Below are positions 45,885 through 58,518 of a stretch of DNA of 64,000 bases, piece by piece; the stretch's first letter is position 1; every line of letters begins with the position of its first letter. The translations under genes were made by a program, and so were the position numbers. The notes below the pieces were generated by a model. That model was given only the letters and a program-made list of their open reading frames with translations, was not told the DNA's origin and made no database searches. Source of the stretch: Scyliorhinus canicula (Eukaryota); the NCBI RefSeq assembly GCF_902713615.1, contig NC_052158.1, positions 19,588,546 through 19,652,545 of the forward strand, read 5' to 3'.

Positions 45885-47300
45885 TTGTGATTGATTGATT
45901 GGTTTGATTTATTGTCACATGTACCGAAGTACAGTGAAAAGTATTTTTCTGTGGCCAAGGGAACGTACACAGTAGACAAAAAAGAATAATAATCAACAGA
46001 GTACATTGACAAATGGAAATCAACAAATAGTGATTGGTTACAGTGCGGAACAAGGGACCAAAAAAGCGCAAATATATGAGGAAGAGCAGCATAGGGCGAC
46101 GTGAATAGTGTTCTTACAGGGAACAGATAAGTCTGAGGGAGAGTCGTTGAGTCCAGTAGCTGTTCCTATGTCTGGATGTGCGGGTCTTCAGACTTCTGTA
46201 CCTTCTGCCTGATGGAAGGGTCTGGAAGAGGTCAAAGCCTGGGGGCGCAATTCTCCCAACGGGAGTCTAAGTGCCGACGGCGGAGTGAAAACCGGAGTGT
46301 TTCACTCCGGCGTCGGAGCCCGCTCCCAGCCCCCTATTCTCCCGCCCCAGGGGGCTAGGAGCGGCGTCGCATCATTGACGCCATGGCGCCATGTAAATGA
46401 CGCGGTCGGCGCCGCGCAAATGACATCACCCGCGCATGCGCAGTTGCCGTCCTCCCCAAGTCCACCCCGCAAGAAGATGGCGGATGGATCTTTTTTTTTA
46501 AATTTAGAGTACTCAATTTTTTTTTCCAATTAAGGGGCAATTTAGCGTGGCCAAACCACCTACCCTGCACATCTTTGGGTTGTGGGGGTGAGACCCACGC
46601 AGACACGGGGGGAAATGTGCAAACTCCACATGGACAGTGACCCAGGGCCGGGATTCGAACCCGGGTCCTCAGCGCCGTAGGCAGCAATGCTAACCACTGT
46701 GCCACGTGCCGCCCCAGGTGGATGGATCAGGCGGTGGAGGAAAGGAGGCTCTCCCTTAGAGAGGCCAGCCCGCCGATCAGTGGGCACCGATCACGGGCCA
46801 GACCCCATCGGAGGGCCCCCCTCCCCGGTGCAGGAACCCCCCCCCCAGCATTCCCGCGCAGATCCCGCCGGCAGCGACCAGGTGTGGACGGAGCCGGCGG
46901 GAACCTGTCGTGTTGGGGCGGCCGCTCAGCCCATCCGGGCCGGAGAATCGCCGCTCGCTTTTTGCAAACGGCGAGAGCCGATTATCCGAGCGGCCAGCCG
47001 TGATTCTTGCCGCGCTGGTTTGGGGGGGATGGGAGAATCATGTGCGGGTGCCTGGGCAGTGTGGCGGGACTCGCGCGGCGGCCCGGCGATTCTCCCGCCT
47101 GGCGTGAGGGGGTAGAATTCCGCCCTGGGTGTGAGGGGTCTCTGACAATGCTGTCTGCCTTCCTGAGGCAGCGGGAGATGTGTACAGAATCAATGGGAGG
47201 GTGGCAAGCTTGTGTGATGCGTTGGGCTGAGTTCACCACACTCTGCAGTTTCTTGCAATCTTGGGCCGAGCAGTTGCCATAAGCTGTGATGCAGCCACAT
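45885..47300 (-). mobile_element. Rex1/Babar LINE 3' end split by a Harbinger MITE
   Basis: CITA.YGNCSAQDCKKLQ..SRCLRKADSIVRDPSHPG..LPSGRRYRSL; (AATC)n tail. Confidence 0.75.
46243..47125. mobile_element. PIF/Harbinger-type GC-rich MITE containing a V-SINE
   Basis: TIR gggcgcaattctc / gggcggaattcta, 3-bp TSD TGG; inner SINE TSD ggYggatggatc. Confidence 0.75.
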
Positions 47301-47399
47301 ACAATCATAGGACCCTGGAGCTGTGAAGCAGCAGTGCTAACCACTGTGCTACCTTAAAAACAAATTAAATCAAATAGAGATGGAGGGTCAGGTGAGGTG

Positions 47400-48580
47400 A
47401 TGTCCTTGCGTGATGTGGAGCTGGTGGACCCCAATGTGGTTCCTAGTGAGCACGTCTGTGGTAAGTGTTGGTTGCTTGAGAAACTCCAGCTCAGAGTTGA
47501 TGAGCTGGATTCTGAGCTTTGGACACTGCAACACATCAGGGAGGGGGAGAGGTACCTGGACAATGTATTCCAGGAGGTAGTCACACCCCTTGCATTAAAT
47601 ACCTTAAATTTGGCCAGTGCTCAGGGACAAGAGGGTGTGGCTGCAAGTGTGGCAGGTGACGTATCCAGGAGTAGGGTTGCAGGAGTCTCAGTCCTGAACT
47701 TGTCCAACAGGTTTGAGATTCTTACTCTTGTGTGGATGGGAATGGGACTGCAGGGAGGATGAGCAAACTGACCATAGCACCATGGTAACAGGGAGCCATT
47801 CAAGTCAGGGGAGAAAAAAATAAATGTAGTCGTAATGGGGGAATAGTATCGTTAGGGGCATTGACACTGTTCTCTGTGACCAGGACCGAGAATCCCAAAG
47901 GTTGTGTTGCCTGCCTGGTTGGGAATATCTCATCTGGGCTGCAGAGGAACTTGGAGTGGGAGGGTAGAGATCCAGTTGTCGGGGTGGCATAGTGGAGCAG
48001 TGGTTAGCACTGCTGCTTCACGGCGCTGAGGACCCGGGTTCGATCCCAGCCCCATGTTACTGTCCGTGTGGAGTTTGCACATTCTTCCCGTGTCTGCGTG
48101 GGTCCCCACAACCCAAAGATGTCCAGGGTAACAGGAGGGCAGCAAGGTGGCACAGTGGTTAGCATTGCTGCCTATGGCGCTGAGGACCCGGGTTCGAATC
48201 CCGGCCCTGGGTCACTGTCCGTGTGGAGTTTGCACATTCTCCCCGTGTCTGCGTGGGTCTCACCCCCCCACAACCCAAAGATATGCAGGGTATGTGGATT
48301 GGCCATGCTAAATTGCCCCTTAATTGGAAAAAATAATCGGGTACTCTAAATTTATTTTTTAAAAAGATGTCCAGGGTAGGTGAATTTGCCATGCGCCTTA
48401 ATTGGAAATGAAAGAGAATTAGGTGCTCTAAATTTATTTTTTTAAAAAGATCCAGTTGTCATCCACACAGGTACCAACAATATAGATCGAACAAGAACAG
48501 GGGTTCTGCTAAGGGAGTAAGAACAGCTAGGAGCTAAATTAAAAAGCAGAACCAAATAGGTAATAACCTCTGGAGAGGGG
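47400..48580 (+). mobile_element. CR1 ORF1 remnant (Zn finger + SGNH esterase) with SINE-in-SINE
   Basis: HVCGKCWLLEKLQLRVDEL, LSNRFEIL, VVMGNSIVRGID, EGRDPVV|IHTGTNNI. Confidence 0.8.
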
Positions 48581-51500
48581 GGGGGGGGGGGGCAGTGAGG
48601 AGGGTTCAGTTGTACGGAGAATTAGAAATTCAAAGTTAAAGGAAAGAGTAGAAGTGCAATATTACAGGGCAGCACGCTGACAGTGGTTAGCACTGCTGCC
48701 TCACGTCGCCAACTCCCAGGTTCGATCACGACTCTGGGTCACTGTCCACGTGGAGTTTGCACATTCTCCCCGTGTCTGCGTGGGTTTCACCCCAACAACC
48801 CAAAGATGTACAGGGTAGGTGGATTGGCCACACCACAATTGCCACTTAATTGGAAAAAAATAATTGGGTACTCAAAATTTATTGTAAAAAAAGGACAGCT
48901 GACTCACAGCGCTGAGGACCCGGTTTCAATCCCGGGCCCAGGTTACTGTCTGTGTGGAGTTTGCAAATTCTCCCCGTGTCTACGTGGGTTTCACGCCCAC
49001 AACCCAAAGATGTGCAGGTTTGGTGGATTGACCACACTAAATTGTCCCTTAATTGGAAAAACATAACTGGGTATTCTAAAATCTAAAAAGAAAAATTTCA
49101 TTTTTTCCAATTAAGGGGCAATTTAGCGCGGTCAATCCACCTACTCTGCACATCTTTGGGTTGTGGGGGGCGAAACACACACAAACACGGGGAGAATGTG
49201 CAAACAGACCGTGACCCAGAGCTGGGATCGAACCTGGGATCGCGGCGCCGTAAGGCAGCAGTGCTAACCACTGTGCTGCCCAGTTGGACAAAAAAATTAT
49301 TGGGTACTTTAAATTTATTTTTTAAGAAATGGTCTGGATACTACGGCCAAATAGCCTTGTGTTATAACCATTCTATAGGTAACACATTTGTCAAAAAGAT
49401 GTAATGGACAATTATAACGGTCACATACATACATGTTCAAGTACCTGCTACTTCGTTCCTTGGGCAGCCTTTACATCACTGAGACTGCCTATTACCAACT
49501 CAATAACATGACTGACTGCACCATTGCTACACTTCACCTACTGCTCTCAGTCATGCCTTTGTCAGCTCATTTGTTTAGACGTGTGCCTCTAGATTTGGGT
49601 GCTTTAGTCATACCTTCGTCACCTCTAGACTTGACTATTTTGGTACATTCCTGACTGGTCTCCACCCTTCCACCCTCATCAACTTAACATTGTCCGAAAC
49701 AGAGTTTTCAAAGAATCGTTACAGTGCAGAAAGAGGCCATTCGGCCCATCGAGCCCACACCTACCCTCTGAAAGAGTACCCTAACTAGGCCTGCTCTGCC
49801 ACCCTAGCCCTGGAACTCTACAACCTCATCTAACCTTTGGGCACTCTGGGCAATTTAGCTCGACCAATCCAACTAACCTGCACATCTTTGGACAGTGGAG
49901 GAAACCACAGCGAGAACATGCAAACTCTGCACACATAGTCATCCGAGGCCAAAATTGAACCGAGGTCCATGGTGCTACAAGGCAGCAGTGCTAACCACTG
50001 TGCCGCCATGCTGCCGTTTCCATTTCATTTATTATATTAGAGGCAAGATATAAATGCACTTTCACGTTATAGTTAATGGATCCATGTATTCTTACTCATG
50101 CCAAGTCCCTTCACCCATAATCTCAGCACTGAGTGACATATATTGGTTCCTGGTAATAGAACATAGAACAGTACAGCACAGAACAGGCCCTTCGGCCCTC
50201 GATGTTGTGCCGAGCAATGATCACCCTACTCAAACCCACGTATCCACCCTATACCCGTAACCCAACAACCCCCCCCCCCTTAACTTATTTAGGACACTAC
50301 GGGCAATTTAGCATGGCCAATCCACCTAACCCGCACATCTTTGGACTGTGGGAGGAAACCGGAGCACCCGGAGGAACCCCACGCACACACGGGGAGGATG
50401 TGCAGACTCCGCACAGACAGACCCAGCCGGGAATCGAACCTGGGACCCTGGAGCTGTGAAGCATTTATGCTAACCACCATGCTACCGTGCTGCCCCAAAT
50501 AGCAGAGACCTCACTCATTTTAGCTAATTTCGGAAATCCGTGTTGGCGAAAACTCCACACCTAACTTGGGGCCAGGATCGAAACTCTCTGCATTCTCTCG
50601 CGGGTATAACTTCTCGAAGAGATAGAGCACTTCAAGCTCACAATGCTTTGATTAAAATAAAAAATCTTCCATTTTCCTTAATTACAAATTTTAAAAATTT
50701 AAGCCAATTTTCAATGCCTGATTTTATAGGCACCACCCATTCCTTTTTCTTTTAACAATCTCAGACCCATTCTCACCCAAACACATTTACCACCTGCAAT
50801 TCTTAAAAACTTACTGCAACTTAATTTCTAAGAAGTTCAAACCAAAACTACAAAAGCGGTGTGGAGATTTAAAACTGTCTACTGAAAGGGTTAACCTTCT
50901 GCAGAATCTAAAATGGCGGAGCTGAGTACTGTTCTGTTCTATAGGGAGTGGGGTAGCTTGATCTTTTTTTCGGACAATGCTCGGCACAACATTGAGGGCC
51001 AAAGGGCCTGTTCTGTGCTGTACTGTTCTATGTTCTATGTTTGATAAACATTCTTGAGGTAAAGCAGCTCCCTGTAACTTTCTTTTTACCAAGTTGTAAA
51101 CACTATATTGAACTCCACTTTCTCAACTGGTATACTTTTCCCTCCTATTTCAGTTTCTACAATTTTTTTAGGGAACTAAACACAATACTTTGACTGTTTT
51201 TCTACGGATGAGTAATCCTATAATAACATTTGTCTCTGCGATAGGAAAAGGCAATGTTAGGGACTTTCCTGATCTGGGTCGCTGTGGTTTCATTCCTTTC
51301 ATAAGGGGCCATTTGCAATTAAAAGCACGATTGCTTCCTCAGTTTGTAATCACTTGTTTGAGCCTTCCTGCACTTTCTACTGCACAGTGAGGAGTCTGTT
51401 GGAATCCGCCCCTTTTTTTTTGCATTTTTCCAATTTGTTTACAATGTTTTCAGGCGAAATGTAGTGACATAGTCCCTTCACCTCCCCCATTCTACAACAA

Positions 51501-53516
51501 ACCCGAATTCCCCCTTGTCAGTACGTGACGCTATAGCCCGTGCTTCAAAGTGAGGCGGCATAGTGGTTAGCACAGCTGCCTCACAGCTCCAAGGACCCAG
51601 GTTCAATTCCGACCTCCGGTGACTGTCTGTGTGGAGTTTGCACTTCCTCCCCGTGACTGCATGGGTTTCCTCCTGGTGCTCCGCTCCGGTTTTCTCCCAC
51701 AGCCCAAAGATGTGAGGTTAAGTGGATTGCTATGGTATATTGACCCTAGGTAGAGTTACGGAGACCTAGGTAAGGTATCCTTTCAGAGGGTCGATGCAGA
51801 CTCGATGGGCCAAATGGCCTCCTTCTGCACTGTCGGGATTCTATGATTGGATAGTATAATTATGTAAATAGAGCTTGTTAGTGATTGGATATTGTAATTA
51901 GGCAAGTGTGGTTAGCAAAGTTCCCCTTTGTCCATTGTTCTGGTATCTTTGTTGTCTTTGCTGCTTCACAGGAAATCTTACAGCCGAGTTGATATTTTTT
52001 AAAAAACCTTTCAGTATTAATTGTAATTTCCTTCCAGTAATTTGATACCACTGATCCTTGACATCAGGTGGAACTGTTGGCATGTTATGGAATTAATTCC
52101 AGATTTTCTGTGACTGACTAATTTGCAAGCGAATTGTTCAAAACAATTCCCACACATGCAGATTCCCCTCAATGTACACAAGGCTTTATCTCCACCCAAA
52201 AGCACACAGAGTCGCACTTACTCCTCATACAGACTCCTCTCACCCTCATCATACCCACATATTCACAGCCTCACTTACTTGTCAGCACGAACACATAGGA
52301 GGAGGGGTGTTTATGGCCTCTCATGGCATGGTTGGTGCGTTAGGGAGGGTATTAAATCTAGCACCTCGCCACCTGCTTCCTTCAACGTCTGGGATGAAAA
52401 AGCCTGCTTGAAATTCCTGCACAACCACAATTTAGGATTTTACATGGCCAAGTATTGACACTTAGTGGTCCCGTCACCACTGTTATTAACCCAGCTGCAG
52501 GTGGGCCTGTACATAGTTTAGAAACATGCGGGAGGCTTGTGGTCTCTGGAGTAGGTCGATCGCTCAAAGTCACTTTCCTGAGTGTTAAGGGGGCAGGGGG
52601 GGGTGCCTGCTGGAAAATCACACCCTTGTCCTGGTTCCTGACCCCTTTCCCTCATTCCCCCGCAACCAGTGCCCTGCAAAACCGCTCTTGCCATGGCACA
52701 CCTCTGGTCTGGGTCACTGCGATTCTGGACCTCCAGGACTGTCGCACCACCCCTTTGCCGACCTCTGATTGTTAATCGCGGGAAAGGCACACCAGTTAAA
52801 GTGCCTTCACCAACCGGTAGGCAAGACCCCCGATGTCTCCATAAAAATTCCCAACAGAATTTAGGAATATACACTGTCACAGGCAAACAGATACGCAGTT
52901 ATTTTTCTCCATTTTAAGTAATGGAGAACATGAAGCCATTTGTTTTCCATGTTAAATCTACTCTCTGCTCGTTAGCTACTAAGGCACGGTAGCACATTGG
53001 TTAGCAATAGCGCCAGGGTCCCAGGTTCGATTCCCGCTTGGGTCGCTGTCTGTGCGGAGTCTGCACATTCTCCCCACGTCTGCGTGGGTTTCCTCCCACA
53101 TGTCCCAAAAGACATCTGTTAGGTAATTTGGACATTCTGGATTCTCCCTCTGTGTACCCGAACAGGCGCCGGAATGTGGTGACTAGGTTCACAATAACGT
53201 CATTGCAGTGTTGATGTGAGCCTACTTGTGACAATAAAGATGATGATTATTATAAGAGCCACTGCACTTTCTGACAACAGCCTGAGGGTTATAACCAGTC
53301 TCTAATTATGTGGGGCGTGTGCTTATTGTTTACAGATAATAATCACCAAGCCAACAAGATGTGATCATATACCAGTTTCGGAATAAAGAAATTCAATCAA
53401 GATAGGTGTGTACCTCAGCAGAATGTTAGTGCCACAATCTCAGACCCGTTCTAACTTTATGCCCTTTCTCTTCTGACTCATCTGTCTCACTTTTTGCATA
53501 TTCCAGGCCTGTGCCC

Positions 53517-53993
53517 TGTGGTGATGTGCATCACTGTAAATACACAAGGGGTTAATGTAAATACATATAGACTAGCTAGACACTAGAGGGAGCACCAGAG
53601 ACATGACGCACAGACACTCAACCAATAGAACAGTTAGATAGGACACGACCAATGGGCATTCACGATACGCACAGAGGTGACACGACCACAGGGGGGGCAT
53701 TACACCAACCCATATATAAAGGACACCACACACATGATCTGCCTCTTTCCAGTGGAGATAGTCAGTGAGTACAGACACAGGGTTGATTCAATATCACTCC
53801 CACCACGTGGATTGTAGCAGACTGGTGAGTTAGTCTGAGTAGCTATAGAAGGATTAACAGTAGTGGCGAACCCGAGTAATAGAAGTGTAAATAGTTTAAT
53901 AAACGTGTTGAAGTTATCTCCATGTCTGAACCTTCCTTTGTCAAGTGCACGACAAGGAAGCCGCTTATGCTCCACCTAGAGCATAACAAGACA
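53517..53993 (+). mobile_element. Solo LTR, 477 bp
   Basis: TGT...ACA, two CCAAT boxes, TATATAAA, AATAAA, near-perfect 5-bp TSD tgccc/tgcct. Confidence 0.75.
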
Positions 53994-54699
53994 TGCCTCC
54001 GAGCGCAAATAAGTGTTTAAAATGATTGGAGATGGGGGTAGATAGACACAGGTGGTTTTCTTTTCATTGAATGGTTCAGCTTAATTTGCTAAAATTATGT
54101 CCCAAATTAATCAATGCAACTTTGCACTGATAGTTTGGTTGCACAGTTTAATTGAGGGAGGAGCCTTAGCACTGCTGCCTCGTGGCGCCAAGGATCCAGG
54201 TTCGATCCAGGCCCCAGGTCCGTGTGGAGTTTACACATTCTCCCCCTGCCTGTGTGGGTCACCCCCCCCCCCCCCCCCCCCACACAACCCAAAGATGTGC
54301 AGGGTAGGTGGATTGGCCACGCAAAATTGCCCCTTCATTGGAAAAACATAATAATTGGCTACTCTACAATTTAAAAAAGATTGGCGAGGAGCCAGTTACT
54401 CGCTTAATCAGCTTCCTTCCTTTTATCTGTAAAGTGAAGAAAGACAAAAGGACTTTCAATTGTACTGCGTGTGTTTCATTGCTGGCCTTAGCCTGAACTG
54501 GTTAACAGCTGCACATGCCTGCCCAGAAAGGCAACACTCTCCGCATGCCAAGTAAATGCATCACCCCTTCAAGGCAAGCTGCAAAAGCTGGCTGTCTGAA
54601 ACCTACTAAAACGGGACGAGATGTACATTTAATTGATATTTCCACCCGATGCCAGGAGGCAAATTTCAGCAAGTGATATTGACAAAGTAAATCAGTGTC

Positions 54700-56085
54700 C
54701 CAGACGCAACCAGCTGCTTCATCAATGACCTTCCCTCCATGATAACGTCAGAAGTGGGGATGTTTTTGATGACTGCACAATGTTCAGTACCATTCGAGAT
54801 TGAAGGCGTCCATGTCCAAATGCAGCAGGAGCTGGACAGCATTCAGCTTTTGACTGATAAATGTATATGGCTCTCCCGTGCTCCCTCTAGTGTTTGCTCA
54901 GTTGTATTGCATCTAGTTAACTTGTGATCACCACAACGTCCACATCCCGTAAGTGCCATGCTGACCATGTCCGAGAAAAGAGAGAATCTAACCATCTCCC
55001 CATAATGTTCAATTCTCATCTCTGAATCTCCCACTATTACCATTGACCAGAAGCTGAATTGGACTCGCCATATAAATGAAAGCAAATTACTGTGGATGCT
55101 GGAATCTGAAACCAAAGAGAAAATGCTGGAAAATCTCCGCAGGTCTGGCAGCATCTGTAGGGAGAGAAAAGAGCTAAGGTTTCGAGTCCAGATGACCCTT
55201 TGTCGAAGCCAAATAAATTCTCTGGCTAAAGAGTAGGTCAGATGCTGGGACACACCTCCTGACTTCCCAAAGAATGTTCACAGTCTACAAGGCACCAAGT
55301 CATGGGATACTGTCCACTTGTCTGCATGAGTGCAGCTCCAATAATGTTCAAGAGGCTTAGCACCATCTAGGACATAGCAGCCCGCTTGATTGGCACCCCA
55401 TCAACCATGCTAAACATTCATTGTCTCCCGACTGTACAGTGACAGACGTCCATCTACATTGGGCACTGCAGCAACTCACCGGGAGAATCTTCGGGAGAAT
55501 CTCCCAAACCCACAACTTGTACTATCTAGAAGTACAAGGGCAGCAGATGCACAGTGGTTAGCACTGCTGCCTCACAGCACCAGGGACCCGGGTTCAATTC
55601 GGCCTTGGGTGACTGTGTGGAGTTTGCATGTTCTCCCTACCTCTGCGTGGGTTTCTTCCAGGTTCTCTGGTTTCCTCGCAAAGTCCAAAGATGTGCAGGT
55701 TAGGTGGATTGGTCATGCTAAAATTGCCCTTAGTGTCCATGGATATGGAGGTGAGGTAGAGTTACGGGAATAGGCCGAGGGAGTAGGTAGGGTGCTTTTT
55801 CAGAAGGTCAGTGCGGATCCAATGGGCCAAATGGCCCCTTTCTGCACTGTCGGTATTCTATGGGATCACCTGCAAATTCCTCACCAAGCACACATCATCC
55901 TGATTTGAGAATATATCGCCGTTCCATCACTGGGTCAAGATCCTGCAACTCCCTCTCGAACACACTTTGGATGTACCTACACCACATGGGCTGCTGTGGT
56001 TCAAGAGGTGGCTCACCACCACCTTCTGAAGGACACTAAATGCTGGCCTACTTAGAGGCTCCCCCATGCTTTGTAAGGATAAAAA
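54700..56085 (+). mobile_element. Decayed CR1/L2-clade LINE (RT end to 3' tail)
   Basis: CFINDLPS..EVGMF.DDCTMF; 3' tail taaatgctggcc. Confidence 0.6.
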
Positions 56086-56375
56086 AATTAATCCTTATCA
56101 ACCTTTCTTCCAGAAAGAGCTGGAAACAAAGAGGCTTAAGTCAAGGGGCAGCATAACACACAGTCCCTAAACTGTGAAACCCCACAACTGCTGCCTTGCT
56201 GAATGGTCAACACATCCATGGATAAAGGCACACAAGTTTGCGAATGACCCAGATGAAGAGCCAGTGAAAGACGGCCTACTTGGCTGCGTCTCAGTTACCT
56301 CAAGAGGCTGGTATTGGCTTCCTTTTGCAAAAGTGGGGATACAGCCAAATTCATTTGGTCAACTGTGGAGAGGAA

Positions 56376-57008
56376 GAGGCCCCGATGAGCAGATTCTTTG
56401 GGGTGGAGGACAGGTGTGCAAAGTGTGCGGGGGGTGGGCCAGCGAATCATGTCCATATGTTCTGGCCATGTCCAAAACTGAGGGGATTTTGGCAGGGGTT
56501 TGCTGACACCATGTTCACAGTATTAAATACGAGGGTGGCAATGAGTCTGGAGGTGGCGATTTTTGGGGTGTCGCAGGATCCAGGAATCCAGGAGGAGAGA
56601 GAGGCGGATGTTCTGGCCTTTGCTTCCCTGGTAGCCCGGAGGCGCATACTACTAGCATGGGTGGAACTCAAAGCCCCAAAATCGGAGACCTGGCTTTCGG
56701 ACATGGCAGGCTTCCTCTGCCTGGAGAAAATTAAATTCGCCATGAGAGGGTCTCTGCTGGGGTTCGCCCGGAGGTGGCAACCATTCGTCGACTTCCTCGC
56801 AGAGAACTAATCGTCAGCAGAAAGGAGGGAAGTGGGGGGTGGGATGGGGTTAGGTTAGCGTAGGTTAGGGGGGTAAGTAATGGCAAGACCTGTGGGAGAG
56901 GGGGGTGGAATTTGCACTATGTTTATATTTTTCTTGTTTATTGTTGATTTTGTTGTTGTTGAAATGCCAAAGAAATACCTCAATAAAACGTTTATTTTAA
57001 AAAAAACA
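56376..57008 (+). mobile_element. 5'-truncated L1/Tx1 copy
   Basis: CAKC..NHVHMFWPC..WQPFVDFLAEN*, AATAAA, poly-A, TSD TGGAGAGGAA (56366-56375, 57009-57018). Confidence 0.85.
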
Positions 57009-57149
57009 TGGAGAGGAATCCCTTTGGGATTCAACGGGTTTTGGAATTCCCTCTACTACCAGAGCCATGAAAATCTGAACGTCTTCAACTGCTGAGTCAG
57101 AGCACGCATGGAAAGCGGCGGGAGAAAGTGCAGCAAGTGACGAGAAGAT

Positions 57150-57770
57150 TTCACAGCTTCAAGGCATCCCAAAGTGCTCTACTGCCCATGAGGTATTTGT
57201 GAAATGTACTGTCGTAATGTAAGAAATACAGCAGATAATGTGTGAACACCAATCTCCCACAAACAGAAGTGAGATAATAGCCACGTAATCAGATTCAGTG
57301 GGGCTGGGTGAGAGATTATTATGAGCACGAAACTGGGCAAAACTCTCAGCCCATCCTCAGAACAGTGGAATCTGTCAGGTCCACGTGAAAGGACAGGTGG
57401 TGCCTTGGTTTTATGTTTCATCAGGAAGTCGGATCTCCGGCAGTGTAACACTCCCTCAGTACTGCACTGCAGTGGGCAGCACGGTGGCGCAGTGGGTTCG
57501 CCCTGCTGCCTCACGGCGCCGAGGTCCCAGGTTCGATCCCGGCCCTGGGTCACTGCCGGGGGGAGTTTGCACATTCTCCCTGTGTTTGCGTGGGTTTTTC
57601 CCCCACAACCCAAAGATGTGTAGGCTAGGTGGATTGACCACGCTAAATTGCCTCTTAATTGGAAAAAATGAATTGGTACTCTAAATTTTTTTTTTTAAGT
57701 ACTGCACTGCAGTGTCAGCCGAGATTTGGCACTCGTGTTCCGAGAGTTGAACATGAATGAACAAACGTCT
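57150..57770 (-). mobile_element. Old DeuSINE-like (SacSINE1/AmnSINE-type) copy with a V-SINE inserted
   Basis: cactccctcagtactgcactg.agtgtcagcc and ctcccacaaacag blocks recalled from the Deu domain; inner SINE TSD AGTACTGCACTGCAGTG (57458-57474, 57698-57714). Confidence 0.55.
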
Positions 57771-58518
57771 GGCATAGAGCGAGGTGTAGGTCAGTGAAGT
57801 CTGCAGATTTCCTTTCTCACAGGAGATTACTGAACCCGATGAGTTATTACGACAAATCAACTGTAGTTTTATATTTACCATTACTAAAACTAGCTTCGTA
57901 TTCTAAATGTATTAATTGAATTCAAATTCCACCAGCTGCCATTGTGGGATTTGAACTAATTGTCCCCAGGGCATTAGCCTGGGTTTCTGTATTGCTAGTT
58001 CAGTGTGTTTGCAGACCTGTCAAAGCCTCTGTGATGTACTCTGCTTTGTTTAGTCTGCCACCTACTGGTCACCCATTGATACTGCACCATGTCTGTCCAG
58101 AGAAGTTGAAATGTATTGAAATTAGGCCTAAATACAGCAGAAATAAACTTATCCCTAATGTTTTTTTTTTTTATTTTTGTTTTTTTTTTTTTAAATTTAA
58201 ATTAGCCAATTATTTTTTCCAATTAAGGGGCAATTTAGCGTGGCCAATCCACCTACTATGCACATTTTTGGGTTGTGGGGGCGAAACCCACGCAGACACG
58301 GGGAGAACGTGCAAACTCCACACGGACAGTGACCCAGAGCCGGGATCGAACCTGGGACCTCAGCGCCGTGAGGCGGTTGTGCTAACCACTAGGCCACCGT
58401 GCTGCCCTCCTAATGTTAAGTTTAAAATGCAATGGCACATATTTTTAATCTTAATCCATTGAAATGGGGGAACCAATAATTCTGGTGTTCTCTAATGGTG
58501 CTAAAAAGAAAAATGTGT

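Noticed and set aside
56174-57095. ~97-codon ORF restored by removing the L1 insertion (GQLWRG|IPLGFNGF)
   Set aside because: No recognisable domain, start context or splice signals; treated as chance.
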